This document shows positions 1 to 10,720 of a stretch of 64,000 bases of DNA, one piece after another. This stretch comes from Nitrospira sp. (GTDB lineage: Bacteria; Nitrospirota; Nitrospiria; Nitrospirales; Nitrospiraceae), in NCBI GenBank assembly GCA_047150005.1, contig AP038806.1, positions 3,744,001 through 3,808,000 of the forward strand, in the 5' to 3' direction. A program made the translations under genes and the position numbers. The first letter of the stretch is position 1. Each line of letters starts with the position of its first letter. A model generated the notes under the pieces. It made no database searches, had not been told where the DNA came from, and worked only from the letters and a program-made list of their open reading frames with translations.

Positions 1-2
1 TC

Positions 3-512
3 GGCAAAAAAGCCCCCGGCATCTACATCGGCAAAGGCGCCGACGCGATCATGACGGCCCTGTCCTGCAACAGCAGCCTGGCCACCGTGCCGGTCACACT
101 CCGCTGTCTGGAGCGCATGCATGTGTCGCCGGAGTCCTCGCGCCTGGCCGCCTGCGTAGGGACCAACCTCAACAACGACGGCATCACGCTCTACGAGGCG
201 ATGGCCGCGCTCTTTCTGGCGCAGGCGCTGGGCTTCGAGCTGGGCCTCGGCAACCAGCTCCTGATCATCGCCGCCTCGATCGTCGCCGGAGTCGGTGCCG
301 CCGGCATTCCGGAAGCGGGTCTGGTCGTGCTGCCGCTGGTCCTGTCGGCCGCCGGCCTTCCGGATCAGATCATCACCGCCGCCATCCCGCTGATCATGAC
401 GGTCGATTGGATCTTGGCCCGAGTCCGGTCCGGGGTGAACGTCATGAGCGATATGCTGGTGGCGATTCTGCTCGACGCGGCGGAGCGGAGGCGGCAATCG
501 TCCGGCCTCTGA
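3..512 (+). CDS. Dicarboxylate/amino acid:cation symporter (DAACS family), 5'-truncated by window edge
   Basis: SSLATVP, TNLNNDG, GAAGIPEAG and DWILARVRSGVNVMSD match GltP/DAACS C-terminal motifs; frame open from position 3. Confidence 0.9.
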   Translation, partial: GKKAPGIYIGKGADAIMTALSCNSSLATVPVTLRCLERMHVSPESSRLAACVGTNLNNDGITLYEAMAALFLAQALGFELGLGNQLLIIAASIVAGVGAAGIPEAGLVVLPLVLSAAGLPDQIITAAIPLIMTVDWILARVRSGVNVMSDMLVAILLDAAERRRQSSGL

Positions 513-716
513 CGGCTTGAGCCGAGCGCGTCGGTCGGGGTGATTTCCCCTAGAGAAAACAGGTATCCTCAGAGTGGGCGGCGACCGGGGCGGCGTGGTA
601 GGGTGTATCGATGCCGCCGCCGATGCTTCCATGGAACTGCGGCGCGAGGCGCCGTCACGCAAGAACGTCCAATCGGATACCGGGATCTCACCGGATTTCA
701 CGCGAGGGGGGTTACA

Positions 717-1112
717 ATGAACTACAGATGGGTATTGTGGGGGCTCTGTCTCTCGATCGGCCTTGCCGGTTGCGGAGGCGGTGGTACGGCCGAGATCAAG
801 GACGACCGGTTGACGGTCGGCAGGGTGCAAAGCGAAATCAAGGTCGGCATGCCGGCTTCCCAGGTCGTCGAGATTCTGGGCTCTCCCAATATCGTCACGA
901 CCGATGACAAGCGACGGGAAGTATGGATGTACGACAAGGTCTCGACCGACCGAGTCGACACCAGCACCGCTTCGTACGGAACGCTGATCATTCTGGGCAA
1001 GAACTCGCGGGACGCCTCGAGCTCTCAGCGCCAACGTACGCTCACGATCATCATCAAGTACGACGAAGACAAGAAAGTCCGCGATCTTGCCTACAACTAC
1101 ACGCAGTTCTGA
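717..1112 (+). CDS. SmpA/BamE-like outer-membrane lipoprotein
   Basis: Lipobox LAGC; IKVGMPASQVVEILGSPN..EVWMY pattern of the SmpA/OmlA domain; GAGGGG RBS before ATG 717. Confidence 0.7.
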   Translation: MNYRWVLWGLCLSIGLAGCGGGGTAEIKDDRLTVGRVQSEIKVGMPASQVVEILGSPNIVTTDDKRREVWMYDKVSTDRVDTSTASYGTLIILGKNSRDASSSQRQRTLTIIIKYDEDKKVRDLAYNYTQF

Positions 1113-1710
1113 TCGCACCGCCGCCCGGTCCGGCCGACTCGCCGGTTGGGCGGCCTGCGTCGCCTGCGCCGCCGGCCTGGCCTTGCTGGCCGGGTGCGTG
1201 CAGGAGACGAAGCCCGACGAGCTCTTCCAGCTGACACCGGAAAGCCTGCGCAACCGGGCGATGTCCATCCGCACGTTCGATACGGCGAACGAGATCGAAT
1301 TGCTGTCGGCCTCGGCGGCCGTCCTTCAGGATCTGGGCTATCAGGTCGAAGAGAGCGTGCACGAGGTCGGGTATTTCCGCGCGGTCAAGGAGCGGAGCGC
1401 CAGGGAGCACGGCCAGGACCTGCAGCGGATCATGTTCTTCTTTCTCTCGCTGGGTGGCGCGGTCGTGCCGGTCGATCTCCATCAGCAGCTGGTCGCGAAT
1501 CTGGTCACCAAGCCGCTCAACGTGGAGGGAACCAAGCAGCAGGTGCGCATCAGCTTCTACCGCATCGTGTGGAAGGGCGACGGCCAGTCCAACCGTCAAT
1601 ACATCCCGCCGGGCGCGCAGTATATGGAGATGATCCGCGATCCGGAAATCTATCAACAGTTCTTCGCCAAATTGTCCAAGGCCGTGTTCCTGGAAGCCCA
1701 CGACATCTAG
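1087..1710 (+). CDS. Hypothetical lipoprotein (paralog 1 of 3)
   Basis: Lipobox LAGC; shares RtFD..LQDLG...YQxFFxxL motifs with the next two ORFs; start codon uncertain. Confidence 0.7.
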   Translation: MPTTTRSSDRTAARSGRLAGWAACVACAAGLALLAGCVQETKPDELFQLTPESLRNRAMSIRTFDTANEIELLSASAAVLQDLGYQVEESVHEVGYFRAVKERSAREHGQDLQRIMFFFLSLGGAVVPVDLHQQLVANLVTKPLNVEGTKQQVRISFYRIVWKGDGQSNRQYIPPGAQYMEMIRDPEIYQQFFAKLSKAVFLEAHDI

Positions 1711-1728
1711 CCCGAGGATACGGAATCG

Positions 1729-2229
1729 ATGCGGGACGCTATGCGGAATTTTGTGATCGATCGACGATGGGGCCGGGCATGGGGCCAGGGATGGGTATGG
1801 GGAGTCGTGATCGGCTTCTGGGGCCTGCTCTTCTACGGATGTTCGACGCCGGAACAACCGCAGACCCTGCTCGCTCCGACGGAAGCACAGCTGAAGATCC
1901 GCAACTTTCAGACGCGTGTCTTTGACATGACCGACCGAAATTTTGCGATCCGGTCCGTCATCGGTTCGCTCCAGGACTTGGGCTTCATCATCGAACGGGC
2001 CAACGACGCCCTCGGCCTCGTGACGGCGGCCCGCTTCGCCGAGCCCAACTATTACGACGTCGTGACGATCACCGTGACCGTGCGGCAGCTCAATGCGACG
2101 CAGCTCACGATCCGGGCCAACGCGATCTACAACAACCGGCCGATCGAAGATCCCAAAGTCTATCAGAACTTCTTCTTCACCCTCGAACGGTCGCTGTTCA
2201 TCACCAAGGATAGCCCAACCGCGCCATGA
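1729..2229 (+). CDS. Hypothetical lipoprotein (paralog 2 of 3)
   Basis: Hydrophobic N-terminus ending FYGC; QTRVFD, LQDLGF, YQNFFFTLERSLF. Confidence 0.75.
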   Translation: MRDAMRNFVIDRRWGRAWGQGWVWGVVIGFWGLLFYGCSTPEQPQTLLAPTEAQLKIRNFQTRVFDMTDRNFAIRSVIGSLQDLGFIIERANDALGLVTAARFAEPNYYDVVTITVTVRQLNATQLTIRANAIYNNRPIEDPKVYQNFFFTLERSLFITKDSPTAP

Positions 2230-2834
2230 CAGGTTCAGCGGGACACCATTCGACCCGGATCGGTCAACCGACCGGATCGATGTGCCGGACCGTCGTTGCG
2301 CTGGCCTGCCTTGCCGGCCTCTCAGGCTGCAACAGCTATGAGCTACGCCAGGAAAATCAATCGAACGCGCAGGACCAGGTCTGGCTGTCGGAAACGAGCC
2401 AGCTCAAGATCCGCGCCGCGCAAACCAGGATCTTCGACACGACGGACCGTTTGAAGCTCCTCCAGGCCATCGTCTCGACCATGCAGGACTTGGATTTCAA
2501 GGTCGAAGTGCTCGATCAGGATCTGGGGATCGTCTCAGGCAAGAAATTCGTCGAAGTGGAGACCGGCTACATGGCCGACCCGGCCTATTACTATCTGTAC
2601 CGGCCCGATACGATGCTGTTCCTCGCCAGAAACTACCGGTCGTGGGGGCCGTTCTATTATCGCAGCAACCTCGTGCGCTTCACCGCCACGATCCGCCCCC
2701 GCGGCGAAACGCAATCCCTCGTCCGCATCAGCGTCCAGTACTACATGCACGCACTGGAAGATCCGAAGCCCTATCAAGAGTTCTTCCGCACGCTCGAACA
2801 GTCGCTCTTCCTGCAGGGTCACCAAGAGTCCTAG
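2226..2834 (+). CDS. Hypothetical lipoprotein (paralog 3 of 3)
   Basis: Lipobox LSGC; QTRIFD, MQDLDF, YQEFFRTLEQSLF; ATGA overlap with previous gene. Confidence 0.75.
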   Translation: MTGSAGHHSTRIGQPTGSMCRTVVALACLAGLSGCNSYELRQENQSNAQDQVWLSETSQLKIRAAQTRIFDTTDRLKLLQAIVSTMQDLDFKVEVLDQDLGIVSGKKFVEVETGYMADPAYYYLYRPDTMLFLARNYRSWGPFYYRSNLVRFTATIRPRGETQSLVRISVQYYMHALEDPKPYQEFFRTLEQSLFLQGHQES

Positions 2835-2982
2835 CAAAGGTTTCTCCCAGGTCTCTCAGCAACGGGTCCCTCGAGGTCCCCCATTGAACGACGGCTCCCG
2901 CTCCGCTAAGCTTAATGGAATTACTCGATCGACGCGGCGCCGAACAGCCGATACGACAATTCCGACCATCGCCCACGTCGCG

Positions 2983-3300
2983 ATGCGAGCTGCGATGGAT
3001 GAACTCGAAGAAAAAGCGAGCACGGTCTTCACCGGCAAAACGACGCCGTTGACCGCTGCGCACCATCATATCCGGTGCACCGTGGACGGCTGCCTGCACC
3101 ATGCGACCGTCGCCTGCGAGGTCACCGTCACGAACTCCCATCTAAGGCCGGACGGGGAGACCCACCATATTCCGCTCTGCGACAAGCATGCACAGGCCGG
3201 GGACATGTTGAAGTGGGAGTGGAGACGGGATCCGGACGCGAACGCCGCACGCAAGCTGCGGCTCGATGCCCTGTTCGCGTTGGATACGATTGAGGACTGA
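2983..3300 (+). CDS. Hypothetical protein with Cys/His motifs (possible Zn binding)
   Basis: CTVDGC and LCDKH motifs; start uncertain (2983 or 2995). Confidence 0.5.
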   Translation: MRAAMDELEEKASTVFTGKTTPLTAAHHHIRCTVDGCLHHATVACEVTVTNSHLRPDGETHHIPLCDKHAQAGDMLKWEWRRDPDANAARKLRLDALFALDTIED

Positions 3301-3334
3301 GCAGGACTCAGCACGACGAGGAAGGAGCACCTTC

Positions 3335-3484
3335 ATGGCCGAGCCGCACAATTCCCCCATTCCAACCGGCAGCAACCCACCGAAAGCTCAGTTCATCTGG
3401 CAATGTCCCTCCTGCTCCCGGCGCTATCTGACCGAACAGGCCCCGGCGCAATGCCCCTATTGTCTGCAGCCGGTCAAGAGTTGA
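3335..3484 (+). CDS. Small zinc-ribbon protein
   Basis: AAGGAG RBS; WQCPSC...APAQCPYC double CxxC. Confidence 0.65.
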   Translation: MAEPHNSPIPTGSNPPKAQFIWQCPSCSRRYLTEQAPAQCPYCLQPVKS

Positions 3485-3555
3485 CCGGGCTATCGCACAT
3501 CCGTTCTGTCCGTGCGCCGACTCCGGACCAGCCGGTCCGGTCATGATGCGACGAC

Positions 3556-4176
3556 ATGATGACGCCACGTAGATTCTCGATGATCCGTGAGTTCCACCTC
3601 GCGGATTTTCTGACGCTGGCCAACGCGGCCTGCGGAGTCGGCGCGGTTCTCTTTTGCATGCGGTACATGGGCAGCGGCGCCACGGCCGATTTTCTCGCGG
3701 CGGCGTCGCTTGTCCCCGGCGCGCTGCTCTTCGACTGGCTCGACGGCCGGGTCGCCCGCTGGCGGCACGAGCATACGGCGCTCGGGCGCGAGTTGGATTC
3801 TCTGGCCGACGTCATCTCGTTCGGCATGGCCCCGGCCGCACTCGGCTATGCCGCGGGCCTGCGCGGAGGCTGGGATTGGCTTGCCTTGACCTTCTTCGTC
3901 TGCTGCGGCGTGAGCCGCCTGGCCCGCTACAACGTTACGGCCGAAGAGCTCTCAGCCGGCGGCGACAAAGTGGCTTACTTCGAAGGGACACCGATTCCGA
4001 CCACCGTCCTGTTGGCCATTCTCCTGGCGATCAGCGCCTGGCAGGATCGACTGGGCGAGCGGCTCTATGGAGGTGTCTGGACGATCGGACCCGGCGATCT
4101 GCACCCCTTGTCATTGCTGTTCGTGCTCTCCGGCAGTCTCATGATCAGCAAGACCTTGAAGATTCCGAAGATCTGA
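3556..4176 (+). CDS. pssA: CDP-diacylglycerol--serine O-phosphatidyltransferase
   Basis: CDP-alcohol phosphatidyltransferase motif DxxDGRVAR...GRELDSLADVISFGxAPA; RLARYN; FEGTPIP. Confidence 0.88.
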   Translation: MMTPRRFSMIREFHLADFLTLANAACGVGAVLFCMRYMGSGATADFLAAASLVPGALLFDWLDGRVARWRHEHTALGRELDSLADVISFGMAPAALGYAAGLRGGWDWLALTFFVCCGVSRLARYNVTAEELSAGGDKVAYFEGTPIPTTVLLAILLAISAWQDRLGERLYGGVWTIGPGDLHPLSLLFVLSGSLMISKTLKIPKI

Positions 4177-4234
4177 TCACTTGATCTGAGACCGGACCTG
4201 AGGGCGTGCGGCAAAAACATCGAAGGAACATCGG

Positions 4235-7200
4235 ATGAGAAAGTCCACAGGCCGCCTCCGCTATGCTCCCAGCGACCTGATCACCTTTTTAGCCTCTCCC
4301 TTTGCATCTTGGATGGATCGCTACCATCTGGAATGTCCCGGCACCGTCGCTCCCGACGAGCGGACCGACGAGGATCTCCTGATCGCCGGCACCGGTGCCG
4401 AGCACGAACGGTCCGTCCTCGAAGAATTCCGCACAGCCGGAGAAGGCCTGGTCGAGATCGCGAGCCGCGGCTTCGACCAGGCCCTGGCCGATACCAGATC
4501 AGCCGTGGCGGCCAAGGCTCCTGTGATCTACCAGGCCGCGCTCGAGGAAGGGGCTTTCTCGGGCTTCGCGGACTTCCTCGTGTTGGATCCGAACGAGGGT
4601 TATCAGGTCTGGGATACGAAGCTCGCCCGTAAGCCCAAACCCTACTATGCCGTTCAACTCTGCTGTTACACGGAGATGCTCGCCTCGATCACGGGGCGGT
4701 TGCCTGACACATTCGGCGTGATCCTGGGCAACAAGGAGCGGGTCACCTTTCGGATCGAATCCTTCATCCACTATTACCGCCACCTCAGAAAGAGGTTCTT
4801 CAAATTGCAGGCCGGCTTCACGGGCGATCCGAACGACTGTCCGAACCCGCTGCCTCGCGCCGACCACGGCCGCTGGACCTCCCATGCGGACCGCTTCTTT
4901 CGAGATCGGGACCACCTCATGTTGGTCGCCGGCATCACCACCGGCCAGATCAAGAAGCTCGTGAGAGCCGGCATCACCACTACGGCGCAGTTGGCCGACG
5001 CGTCCGACGTCAAGGTCCCGAGGCTCGATCAGGCCTCGCTGGAGAAGCTCGCGGCGCAGGCCAGACTCCAGCGGCAGACGAACGACGACCGCCTGGTTGA
5101 TCCGGCGGCTCCGCCCCGCTTCGAAGTCCTGCCGCACGTGGGCCGGAATGCCGAGCCGGTCGGGCTTGCGGCGCTGCCGCCGGAGGATCCGGGGGACGTC
5201 TGGTTCGACATGGAAGGCTATCCGCTGGTTCCGGGCGGCCTCGAATACCTCTTCGGTTGCTGTACGAAGGAACCGAATGCGCCAGGCTACCGGTATCGAG
5301 ATTGGTGGGCTCACGACAGGGATGGTGAAAAACGGGCCTTTGAGGGCTTCGTCGATTGGGTGTTCGACCGCTGGAAGACACATCCCGGCATGCATCTCTA
5401 TCACTACGCGGCCTACGAGCCGAGCGCCGTCCGGCGGCTGAGCACGCGCCACGACAGCCGGCAAGACGAGGTGGACACACTCCTCCGGCACGATGTGTTC
5501 GTGGATCTCTTCCGGATCGTCCGGCAGGGCTTGCGCCTTGGGGAGGAGAACTATTCAATCAAGTCCGTCGAGCTCCTGTACCGGGCCAAGCGGGCAACGG
5601 ACGTCGCGAGCGGATCCGATTCGATCGTCGCCTACAGCCGGTGGATCGAAAGCGGGGAGACGAACGACTGGCGGCAGAGCGCCACTCTCAAGGGAATCCG
5701 CGACTACAACGAGGACGACTGCCGCTCTACGGTCGAACTGCTCGCCTGGATGAGACAGTTGGCCGGGGCGCGGGGCGTCGTTCCACCGCCGCCGCAGCCG
5801 GAGCCGGCGCGGGAAATACAGCGCGAGATCCCGCAAGCCGTGACCGACCGGATCGAAACCGTGAAGCGGCTTCGGCAGAGCCAGGACGCGACAGCCCTGA
5901 CGCTCGCCGATCTGGTCGAATTCCACCGGCGTGAACAGAAGCCCATATGGTGGCGCCTGTTCGATCGCGCGGCCGCCACGCCGGATCAACGACGCGACGA
6001 TCCCGGCTGTCTCGAAGGCGTTCGGATAGACGGCCCCTGCTCGACGGACAAGCGGTCTCTCGTGCAGAGCTATCGATTCGATCCAGCGCAGGAATGCAAA
6101 CTGGCCGAAGCCGACCAGGTGAGGTTCGCCCACAACCTCGAGACCACCTTCACGATCGCCGACCTCGACGCGACGGCCGGACGTCTGACGCTCAAAATCG
6201 GCCAAAAAACCTTACAAGAGAAATGCGCGGGGCAGTTTCCCGTTGAAGGGGCACTGCTGCAAAACGAATTCATTTCGCCGGCGGGCATCCCGGATGCGCT
6301 GGTCGAGGTGGCGGCGTCCCACCTATCGGATGCGCTGTACAGACCGGTGACGGCACTCTTGACGAGACAGGCACCGGCCGCGCCGATGCACCAACAGTGC
6401 GAATCCACGATCGACGCGGCGCTGCGCATCGCCCGCGCCATGGAAGGAGGCTGTCTCGTCATCCAGGGTCCGCCTGGCACGGGCAAGACCTACGCCGCCT
6501 CACTGGTCATCGCGGCTCTCTTAGCGGAGGGCAAGAAGATCGGCATCACCTCCAACAGCCACAAGGCGGTGGGCAACCTGCTCGAGGCCTGCGGCAAGGT
6601 CTTGCGGCAGGCCGGCGGTAGGCTGCGGGGGATCAAGGTCGGTCGCGAGCGGGACGAAGAACTTCATCACGACAATCCGGACCTGGTCCCTGTCCAGGAC
6701 AGCAAGGATGCGATCGGTCTATGGAACGGAGGCGTGATCGGGGGCACGGCATGGCTCTTCAGCCGGAGCGAATGGATCGGCATGCTCGACTGTCTGTTCA
6801 TCGACGAAGCGGGGCAGGTTCCGCTCGCGAATGCGGTCGCGATGGCCAGGAGTGCCGGGAACCTCGTGCTGCTGGGCGATCAGATGCAACTGGAGCAGCC
6901 CGTGCAAGGCTCTCATCCGGGAGACGCAGGCCTGTCGGTTCTGCAATATGCCCTCAAAGACGCGTCCGCGAGCTTGCCGGACGTCCCCATCTTTCACGCG
7001 GTCGTGCCGCAGGATTATGGTCTCTTTCTCGGAGAATCGCGCCGCATGCATCCGTCGGTCTGCCGATTCATCTCCGACAGCATCTATGAAGGGCGCCTGA
7101 CCTCTCATCCCGATTGCGCCAAACAACGAATCCAAGTCAATCCCGCCAAGCGCCGGCTCATCCGCAAGGAGGCGGGCCTCGTCTTGAGTCCGGTCGAACA

Positions 7201-7651
7201 CGACGGGAACGTCCAACAAAGCGACGAGGAAGCGGAGCGGGTGCTGGCCATTTACCGAGAACTCCTGGGCCGTCCATATACGGATAAGGACGGGACGACC
7301 AGGCCCCTCGCGCTTTCGGATTTTCTCTTCATCGCGCCCTACAATGCCCAGGTGCGGGCGCTGGAGGGGGCCCTGCCGCAGGGTGCGAAGGTCGGCAGCG
7401 TGGACCGGTTTCAGGGCAGGGAGGCGCCGGTCTGTATCCTCTCCCTCTGTTCGAGTGCGGGCGAATATGGATCCCGCGGTCTGGGCTTCATCCTGGACCG
7501 CAACCGCATCAACGTGGCGGTCTCGCGCGCCCAATGTCTGGCCGTCGTGGTCGCGGATCCCCGCATTGCCGACTCGATCCCCGGCTCACTGGAGGAGATG
7601 ATGCTGCTCGACCTATTGTGCAAACTGCTCGAGACCTCGGCGCAGCCGTGA
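4235..7651 (+). CDS. TM0106-family RecB-like nuclease / RNase H-like / SF1 (DNA2-NAM7-like) helicase fusion
   Basis: N-terminal ADFL..DTKLAR..QLCCY nuclease motif; FDMEG..YNEDDC domain; Walker A GPPGTGKT, DEAGQ, LLGDQMQL, VDRFQGRE, NRINVAVSRA. Confidence 0.9.
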   Translation: MRKSTGRLRYAPSDLITFLASPFASWMDRYHLECPGTVAPDERTDEDLLIAGTGAEHERSVLEEFRTAGEGLVEIASRGFDQALADTRSAVAAKAPVIYQAALEEGAFSGFADFLVLDPNEGYQVWDTKLARKPKPYYAVQLCCYTEMLASITGRLPDTFGVILGNKERVTFRIESFIHYYRHLRKRFFKLQAGFTGDPNDCPNPLPRADHGRWTSHADRFFRDRDHLMLVAGITTGQIKKLVRAGITTTAQLADASDVKVPRLDQASLEKLAAQARLQRQTNDDRLVDPAAPPRFEVLPHVGRNAEPVGLAALPPEDPGDVWFDMEGYPLVPGGLEYLFGCCTKEPNAPGYRYRDWWAHDRDGEKRAFEGFVDWVFDRWKTHPGMHLYHYAAYEPSAVRRLSTRHDSRQDEVDTLLRHDVFVDLFRIVRQGLRLGEENYSIKSVELLYRAKRATDVASGSDSIVAYSRWIESGETNDWRQSATLKGIRDYNEDDCRSTVELLAWMRQLAGARGVVPPPPQPEPAREIQREIPQAVTDRIETVKRLRQSQDATALTLADLVEFHRREQKPIWWRLFDRAAATPDQRRDDPGCLEGVRIDGPCSTDKRSLVQSYRFDPAQECKLAEADQVRFAHNLETTFTIADLDATAGRLTLKIGQKTLQEKCAGQFPVEGALLQNEFISPAGIPDALVEVAASHLSDALYRPVTALLTRQAPAAPMHQQCESTIDAALRIARAMEGGCLVIQGPPGTGKTYAASLVIAALLAEGKKIGITSNSHKAVGNLLEACGKVLRQAGGRLRGIKVGRERDEELHHDNPDLVPVQDSKDAIGLWNGGVIGGTAWLFSRSEWIGMLDCLFIDEAGQVPLANAVAMARSAGNLVLLGDQMQLEQPVQGSHPGDAGLSVLQYALKDASASLPDVPIFHAVVPQDYGLFLGESRRMHPSVCRFISDSIYEGRLTSHPDCAKQRIQVNPAKRRLIRKEAGLVLSPVEHDGNVQQSDEEAERVLAIYRELLGRPYTDKDGTTRPLALSDFLFIAPYNAQVRALEGALPQGAKVGSVDRFQGREAPVCILSLCSSAGEYGSRGLGFILDRNRINVAVSRAQCLAVVVADPRIADSIPGSLEEMMLLDLLCKLLETSAQP

Positions 7652-7690
7652 TCGGGACCTCCTCCATCGTCGCCGCAATTACGACAATGC

Positions 7691-8860
7691 TCAACGGCTC
7701 CCGACCTGCATCTTGGTGTCCCGGAAATGATTCGGCAGCGGCATGATGCAGTTGGGGTTGAACCCCGCGGCCTTCAACGTATCGATGCTGCCGATGACCT
7801 TGTCGTTCTTGAGGTCGATCACGGTGATCGATCCGTCGCTCATGCCTTCCAGATTGAGCAGGCTGTTCTGGACGAACAGGTATCGCTCGTCCGGAGACAG
7901 CACCGTATGGTGCGCGCCGGCGGCGGCAGGAATCGTCTTAAGGAACTTCGGATGCGTGGGATCGCTGTTGTCGTACAGATTGACGAATCCCGGCTTGGCC
8001 GTCGTGACGTACAAGCGGTCACCCTTGGCGTTGTACATCATCTCGAGCGGCATGCCTTGACCGCGCGGTGCGAAATCATCGACCTGATGGAAGGAGAATT
8101 CCTTGGTCTTCGGATCCCAGACCCCGGCCCAGAGCGTCGCTTCCAACATGTTGGTGATATGCACCACCGGCGGAGCGGCATTCGGCGCGAACATGATTTC
8201 GACCGGCGCGGATTTCCCCTCCGGCTTCGCCGTAAGCTTATGCGTCGACAGTACCTTGCCGGTGCTGGCTTCCAACACCGTGACCGTCTCACCTTGTTCC
8301 GACATGTCCGGCTTGACCGTGCTGGTGACGAGCACCCGGTCGATGCCGTTGTGAATCGCGATGCCGTGCGGATAGAGCACGAAGGCCTTCGGATCCGACG
8401 AGCTCAAGGTCTTGATCGGCTTGTCCTTCACGGCGTCGCCCATGATCACATTGCTCGAGCCCATGCAGGTGAGGTACCAGGTCTTGTTGTCCTCCGACAC
8501 CACCAGATCCTCGCCGACCTGACAGTCCGGCACGTCGATCGCGCGCAGGCGGTAGGGGAACGTCGTGAGATCCACGACGTGCAGGATGCTCTTCCCCAGA
8601 GCCGTGATATAGGCCTTGGTGCGATCGCGGTTGAAGAAAATATGGTGGGCGACCAGATCGGACGGCAGTGGAATCTCCATCAGGATTTTCCCGAAGTCCT
8701 GCGACTCGGGATCGATCTCCATGATGGCGATGCCTTCGCGCCGCACCTTTTGGTCCGGCTTGCTTTCATAGTTCAACAGCGCGAGCAGCTCGGCCGCGGC
8801 GAGCGACGTGCAGGACAGCAGCAGGCCGAGGGTCAAGGAGAGGAGCCTGATCGGTTTCAT
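7691..8860 (-). CDS. Secreted YncE-like beta-propeller protein (paralog A)
   Basis: Signal peptide MKPIRLLSLTLGLLLS; repeated propeller blades; GGAGG RBS; close paralog of 13427-14602. Confidence 0.8.
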   Translation of the reverse strand: MKPIRLLSLTLGLLLSCTSLAAAELLALLNYESKPDQKVRREGIAIMEIDPESQDFGKILMEIPLPSDLVAHHIFFNRDRTKAYITALGKSILHVVDLTTFPYRLRAIDVPDCQVGEDLVVSEDNKTWYLTCMGSSNVIMGDAVKDKPIKTLSSSDPKAFVLYPHGIAIHNGIDRVLVTSTVKPDMSEQGETVTVLEASTGKVLSTHKLTAKPEGKSAPVEIMFAPNAAPPVVHITNMLEATLWAGVWDPKTKEFSFHQVDDFAPRGQGMPLEMMYNAKGDRLYVTTAKPGFVNLYDNSDPTHPKFLKTIPAAAGAHHTVLSPDERYLFVQNSLLNLEGMSDGSITVIDLKNDKVIGSIDTLKAAGFNPNCIMPLPNHFRDTKMQVGSR

Positions 8861-9070
8861 GGGAGCCTCCTTTGTTGAGAGCGGCTGAGCAGAAGCACCG
8901 TACTCCTCTCCGCAGGTACAAGCAATGTCTGACATGACGGAATCGCTGCGCACGGGATCCTCCGGTCTCATTCTCTTACCGGAGGACGTGCTTTCTCCGT
9001 TCCTTCGGCGTATTCTTAGAAGAGCGGCACGCCGCCGATCCCCAACAACATCCACGAAGCAGGTACGCAG

Positions 9071-10720
9071 ATGAAAGTCATCATAGGTCTCCTGATCGGT
9101 CTCGTGCTGCTGGTCGGCGTCGTCCTGTCGCTGCCCTTTCTGATCGACCTCAACAAGTATCAGGACCAGTACAAACCGCTCATTGAGGAGGCGCTCAACC
9201 GCAAGGTTCAGCTACAAGACATTCGGCTCACGATCTGGCCGCGGATCGGCGCCAGAGTGTCAGGCTTCACCGTGCTGGACGATCCGGCTTTCGGTGGAGG
9301 CTCCTTTGCCTCTCTCGGGTCGCTCGATGTGGGAGTCAAGCTCATGCCGTTGCTCGGGGGACAAGTGGAGATCGAAGAGATCACGCTCCGGGATCCGGTC
9401 ATTACGGTCATCAAGCACAAGAACGGCGTGCTGAACGTCTCGACCATCGGCCGCACCGGCGTGGCCGCGCCGCAGAAACCCTCCCGGGCGCCGGTCCCCT
9501 CCCCGGAAGGTCCGCTCAAGATCCTGGCCATGCTGGCCGTCGACCACGTGTCCATTGAAGGAGGGAAACTTACCTATCGGGATCTGTCGGCCGCCAAGCA
9601 GACCGAGTATGTCCTGCAGGATATGGAGATCCTGCTCCAATCTGTTCAGCTCGGCGAGACTCCCACCCTTCATTTCCGCACGCTGGTCCAACCGCTGAAC
9701 CTTCCGGTCCGGCTGGACGGCGCCTTCGGCCCGTTGAAGGAATCCGCCGACCTCGATGCGATCAGGTTTAAACTCGCGCTCGGCAAGATCGACGCCATCA
9801 TCGTCGGCAAGACGTCCGGGCGGAACGCCAACGTGAACGTCAGTGCGCCGATGATCAACACGGCCGATCTGCCGATCGCTCTCCCGTTGCAGAAGCCGGT
9901 CGAGGTGAGCAATCTCGAGATCGCCGCCGAGGTGCAAGGGCAGGAAGTCCTGCTCCGCAACGCGTCATTGCAAATCTTCGGCGGGCAGGTGGCGGCGCAG
10001 GGAACGCTCACCTCCGGCTCCGAGACCCCGCCCTTCGCCGGGAAGCTCAAGGTGCAGGGCATCCAGCTCGGCCCGGCGCTCAACGCATTGGCCACGACCC
10101 AGGTATCGATGAGCGGCATCACGGATGCGGATATTTCATTGCAAGGTCAAGGCTTTGCCATGCCTGACCTCACAAAACACTTGAAGGGATCAGGACATCT
10201 CTCCATCAAGGAGGGGAAGGTCGAACAGGTGAGTCTGCTGGAGGAAGCGCTGGCCATCTTAAAGGTGGCCGGCATCCAGATCGATCATCCCAAGACCACT
10301 GTCTTCTCCACGATCCAGACCGACATGGCCGTCGAGGAGGGCACAGTCCAACTGCGGAACCTCTTGATGGACAGTCACGACTTCCAGGCCACCGGAGGCG
10401 GGACGGTCGGCTTCGATCAGGCGTTGAATCTGCTCGTGAATCTCAACCTGTCGCAGGATCTCAGCGGAAAGATCGCCGGCTCCTCACCGACCGCCAGGGT
10501 GGCCATGAAAGACGGCCGCCTGCGCCTGCCACTGACGATCAAGGGGACGACCCACGCGCCCTCATACGGCATCGATCTCAAGGCCCTCACGGGCAGCGTC
10601 CAAGAACAGGCCAAGAAGAAAGCCGAAGACACGGTCAAGGGCCTGCTGAAAGGCACGATCAAGCCGAAGGACCTCGAACAGCAGGGAAAAGACTTCCTCA
10701 AGGAGCTTTCGATTCCCTAG
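9071..10720 (+). CDS. AsmA family protein
   Basis: N-terminal anchor then DLNKYQDQYKPLIEEALNRKV; beta-rich body; AsmA-like C-terminus. Confidence 0.85.
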   Translation: MKVIIGLLIGLVLLVGVVLSLPFLIDLNKYQDQYKPLIEEALNRKVQLQDIRLTIWPRIGARVSGFTVLDDPAFGGGSFASLGSLDVGVKLMPLLGGQVEIEEITLRDPVITVIKHKNGVLNVSTIGRTGVAAPQKPSRAPVPSPEGPLKILAMLAVDHVSIEGGKLTYRDLSAAKQTEYVLQDMEILLQSVQLGETPTLHFRTLVQPLNLPVRLDGAFGPLKESADLDAIRFKLALGKIDAIIVGKTSGRNANVNVSAPMINTADLPIALPLQKPVEVSNLEIAAEVQGQEVLLRNASLQIFGGQVAAQGTLTSGSETPPFAGKLKVQGIQLGPALNALATTQVSMSGITDADISLQGQGFAMPDLTKHLKGSGHLSIKEGKVEQVSLLEEALAILKVAGIQIDHPKTTVFSTIQTDMAVEEGTVQLRNLLMDSHDFQATGGGTVGFDQALNLLVNLNLSQDLSGKIAGSSPTARVAMKDGRLRLPLTIKGTTHAPSYGIDLKALTGSVQEQAKKKAEDTVKGLLKGTIKPKDLEQQGKDFLKELSIP

